DNA from: Dipteris shenzhenensis
Taxonomy: Eukaryota
Length of the DNA: 64,000 nucleotides
Direction: 5' to 3' (one strand)
Assembly: GCA_047967505.1 (NCBI GenBank)
Contig: CM106538.1
The position numbers and the translations under genes are program-made. A model generated the notes under the pieces. The model was given only the letters and a program-made list of their open reading frames with translations, was not told the DNA's origin and ran no database searches. Shown one piece after another: positions 59,821 to 64,000 of this stretch (position 1 is its first letter; every line of letters starts with the position of its first letter).

Positions 59821-62800
59821 CATATTTGCATCAAAAGTAGAAAAAGCTAGGTCTTGATGGGCATGCATGAAATAATGAAGGACCACATGAACAAGTGACA
59901 TTGGGGGCTATAAGGAGAGATTGTGGGACCCTACGAAGAGGGAAGGTAGATCTCATTGCACTCTCAAGAGGTTTGTGCCTCCTTTGATGCCATTGTAGAC
60001 CTGACACACCATCTTATTGTTAGTTATGTATTTTAGAATGACTTTGTGGATGTAAAAACTCTTCCCAGCTTGGTGCAAAGCATGAGGTAGTCTACCAATA
60101 GAGATGCAACCAATTACTATAGCAATCATAGGTGTCAACACCAATTCATGACAGAGTCCTATGTAGTCTCACGGTGTGACTAAAGAGCACATAGGAAGAT
60201 ATGTGAATACAAAAATGAGGGGGCTAAGTAGTTGTTTTTAAAATAAATTCTATTTAATGTGGAAAAAGCCCCAAGACTCAGGGTTTTTAAGGCAAGATTA
60301 CACCATGCATAGTGTCTGAAGAAATCGGAGGGGGTCGAGGCCTACTCCAGCAGTAGCAAGGCATGGTGAAGATCTAGGGTTAAAAATAAAAGTGCCACTC
60401 TCAAACTTGTAGAGACATTGAAGAAGAAAGGAAAGCATCTCGATTGCCTGAGGAAAATGGTCAAGCAGCCCTCGAAGACCCCTACATGATAGAGGACCAA
60501 ATAAAGGCTTAAATAGTTTTTGAAAACATGTTTCAATTCGATTAGAAAATGTCAAAAAGGAGACGTGGCATAGGGGGGGTGTGAGGGGCACATGACGATG
60601 AGTCTAGGTAATAACCAAGGGTGACATGGAGGATGTGGCAAGTGACATGGAGGATGTGGCATGTGACGTGGACAGGGAACTAAAGTTAGGAGTGACAATG
60701 TCTATTGAGACTGGCAACTCAATGCTCCAGCTCTGGTGGTGATGGCTTTGGCTCTGGCGATGGTGATTTTAGATTGGAAAGCAACATCTTCTTGCGAGAC
60801 TCAATTAATCGACATGAAATTCTGGTTTATGTAAACAGCCGCATTATCTTTACCCTAGAAATTTGGTGAACATGCACTTTAGGCTTGCTACCCATGGATA
60901 TATTGCCATGAGTGGCATTGTTCCCAATATGGACTATGGTGGTGATGTCTGATTTGCTATTTGTTTTGGCATCAAATTTCATGTTTGTTCTAGTAATTCC
61001 CTCGGGCGATGTATTAAGTGGATGTTCTTTTTGCTCCACCCATCTGGTTAGAGGGGTCAAACTATAACCTATGGTTGGCCTACCCCACTGGACCAAGGCA
61101 ATAGTTCCAACAAATGCTATAAAACCTCGATCCACCCTCACCAATTTGGCTCTTGGACTCACCATAAGCATCTGGAATTTGGGCATTTGAATTATGTCCT
61201 CCACCAATGGTGGATCTTCAAGATGGAGTTTGGCATCTACTGATTGATTTGATCAACACTGCTTCACTACCAGAAGCACTCCAATCTGTGTCATGCTTGA
61301 AGTCTTGTATTATAGATTTGGCAACCTTGGGCATCTTTGTTTGACATGCAGCCTTATGCATTTGAATTTCCACTCCCCCCATCTTAGAAATATCACTGTC
61401 AATTAAAGAAATCCAAAATGGTACCTAATTCTAGAATTGTATGGAACTATGATAGTCTGAAATCACTAGATTGGGGCGATCGGAGCTCCAAACCGGAATT
61501 ATTTTGAACCCATCTTTCCAGAGCCTTATTTCTTAGATTGAAAACACTGCCATTGGTCTTGAATTTCCATTTTTTATGTATCCTACCCATTTTTCTATGA
61601 CTTCCTTGGTCTCCAAAATTGATTAGACCCCTCAAATCTAGAGGATTGCCAATGTTAATTGGTTGAAATGGCTCCAAATCATGCAAGGTTGAAATTGGTT
61701 GAATGTGCTCGGACTAATTTTTAGAATGGAAAATGTAGAACTAATAATCATACTTGAATTGGAAACAAATATGATCTTCTCAAATACTAATGCAAAAAGA
61801 AATCGATATGATTCATCTTTAAGATCACTCAATACAACAATGCATCCTCCATGATTTAGAAAGAGAAAGTATATGAGTAGTAGACAATAGTATTCGTTCA
61901 TTTATCACAAAAGTTGGTATTCAAAAGACTATTTATCTACAACATGCACATTGCATTACAAGAGAATAATAATATACAAATAGTCCATATCCCAAAATCA
62001 TAAAGTGAGAGTCCCAAAGGTGCCATTGGATATATTTTGGGACTTAATTTTATTTCGACTGAATATGGACTAGATAAATATGTAATTATCTTGTAATACT
62101 TTTTTCTAACCCTAAAATTTTATCATGTTTCTAAAATGGAACTATAAATTTTGTGCACATTTTTAAAAAACAACTAGATTTACCTTGATTTTTAGAGAAT
62201 CTCTAAAACAAAACGTTTGCAACTACCCAGCTAATCCTCAATAGTGTTTTGAAAAGGAAAGGTGCTTATAAATGGTAGTAGACTTTGGGTATTTGAGCAC
62301 TTTTGGCACAAAATCTCTGAGCCTTCAAAGTATTATGGCTTCTCCACATGGTAGTGTGACCTTAGCACGAAATAAAGAAGCATCATTATTGGAAATGAAA
62401 GGTTTGTGGATCTACCCTCATTCAAATAGAGAGTCTCTTATAGAAAGGGCACTTATGGCTACATTGACTGCTCATAATCAGCTAGGCAATGTATTCCATT
62501 AGCAAGGAAGAATCTAGTTTCCCCAAATGTGCAGCACTTTTCCAGTAGCATGGGGTATCCTTGCTCAAACACAATGAATGTCACCTTGAAGTAAGTCTTT
62601 CTTATCTTAAAGCATATATTCTTTAGCATATCCTTTTGCATCATTAGTCCTTTTCTCATCCACCATACAAATATTCAAGGGTATTAGTTTCAAGTTCTTC
62701 AGTTTGTTTGGACTTCTTTTGAGATGCTGCAGACTTGAGATCCTCAATAGGTTTTCTTTTATCTAGTATCTATTTTCTATCTTAATGGATCCTAGCTCCA

Positions 62801-64000
62801 ATTAAGAGAATGTATGATAATTCAATACAAGCTTCTTCTTAGAGTGTGCACACTCTACTATCTTGCATTTCTGCCTCCATGGATCATGACCTAATCAAAG
62901 CTATTGGAGAGGATGAAGCTTTGGTAGATGAACTCTTGAATAAACGTAGGTCATCATTGTGTAGGACAATGAGGATCTTAATAGTATTGTGTGCTGATGT
63001 CTTCAATTTTTTGAGGAAGTTGTGTGGCCAATGCTTTCTTTACCCAAGATTTATTGTTGGTCCCAATAGTATTTTTGACGATTTAAGAGATGATGTGGTA
63101 GTTCCTATATAGAATATTTCCAAAATGCATTTGATGATGCTAGCTCAATGTTCAAATGGGATTGGCATTCAAGTTTGGCAAGGTATTTTCTTTCCTTCCT
63201 AGTAGACAAGTGGAGATTGACTATGCTATGATCGTGGAAGTTTAACAATATCTCTATCATTGCCCCCATTTCTTTAAAATAGTAGGTGTTCCTTGCTCAC
63301 CTACCTTCCTCTACATTGGAGAAATGTAGGCTTAATGCATTAAATGGGATTCACTTAATTCCTATTAACTAGCTTTACATTGTAAAAGTCTTTTTAGATG
63401 GTTTATAGGGAACCATCTAAATGTTCTTCCCCAATGGGAATATACACCCCACAATAAATGAATCATGAATTTCAAGGAGGAGGATAGTGATACTTGTTGG
63501 AGGATCAAGGTAAGGAAGTAGAGTGCAGAAGATAGCTAATTATATACTACATTGTATCGAACATAAAGATGGATATATACATGAACCCAATCAGGATTAG
63601 GGGGCTCAAGGGGAGAGAGTGGAGTGAAAAACTAGTGAAATTTACAAATGTTTTATTGAATATAATATGAATACATACATGAACCCCTTAGGGTTAGGAT
63701 AAGGGTTAGGGTTTGACCCTATGCCCTATTTTTATGGCACAATTTACACCATCCTTAAGACACCATCTTAAATTGAAGTGGATGAGTAGAGAGTGCATGC
63801 ACAAGATCTGTTTTTGTTCATTGTTTGTGATAGCAACCAAAATTGAAAAAGAAAGGCTAGAAAGCTCCAAGTAGTATGTGCATGTGTGAGCATAGTGACT
63901 ATATAATGATAGATTTCGATATAAAGAAAATCTATCCAATGAGTACAACTAGAGGATCTCCCCCTTAAATTGTAGATCATCCTTCTCCTTTGGGAAAAAA

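Noticed and set aside
60300-63400. Possible decayed LINE or other TE coding remnant
   Set aside because: Only short ORFs, with no endonuclease, RT or transposase motif that I could recognise.
63685-63720. Telomere-like TTAGGG motifs
   Set aside because: Only two or three degenerate units.

Overview
Repeat-rich land-plant nuclear DNA; a non-seed plant such as a fern is plausible but unproven. It holds one intact host gene, an intronless G-type lectin S-domain non-RD receptor kinase (45844-48378), among nested LTR retrotransposons. The dominant object is a 27,759-bp DNA transposon (14578-42336) with perfect 26-bp TIRs and a 4-bp AGAT target duplication. It sits in the gag/protease junction of a Copia element (12885-45205), and removing it restores the Copia reading frame. 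It carries (i) a Sola1-like DDD transposase with extra CACTA-TnpA-like N-terminal modules; (ii) about 40 tandem 182-bp monomers, each an imperfect long hairpin, ordered as (A)n-B-C; (iii) a CCAAT/TATA promoter followed by a G-rich palindromic minisatellite; (iv) a divergently oriented spliced gene joining a ParB/DGQHR-like domain, an eroded amino-methyltransferase-like region and three tandem Ulp1/C48-like protease modules; and (v) a small orphan ORF. This copy is mildly decayed. All domain calls come from motif recognition by eye and need profile or structure searches.
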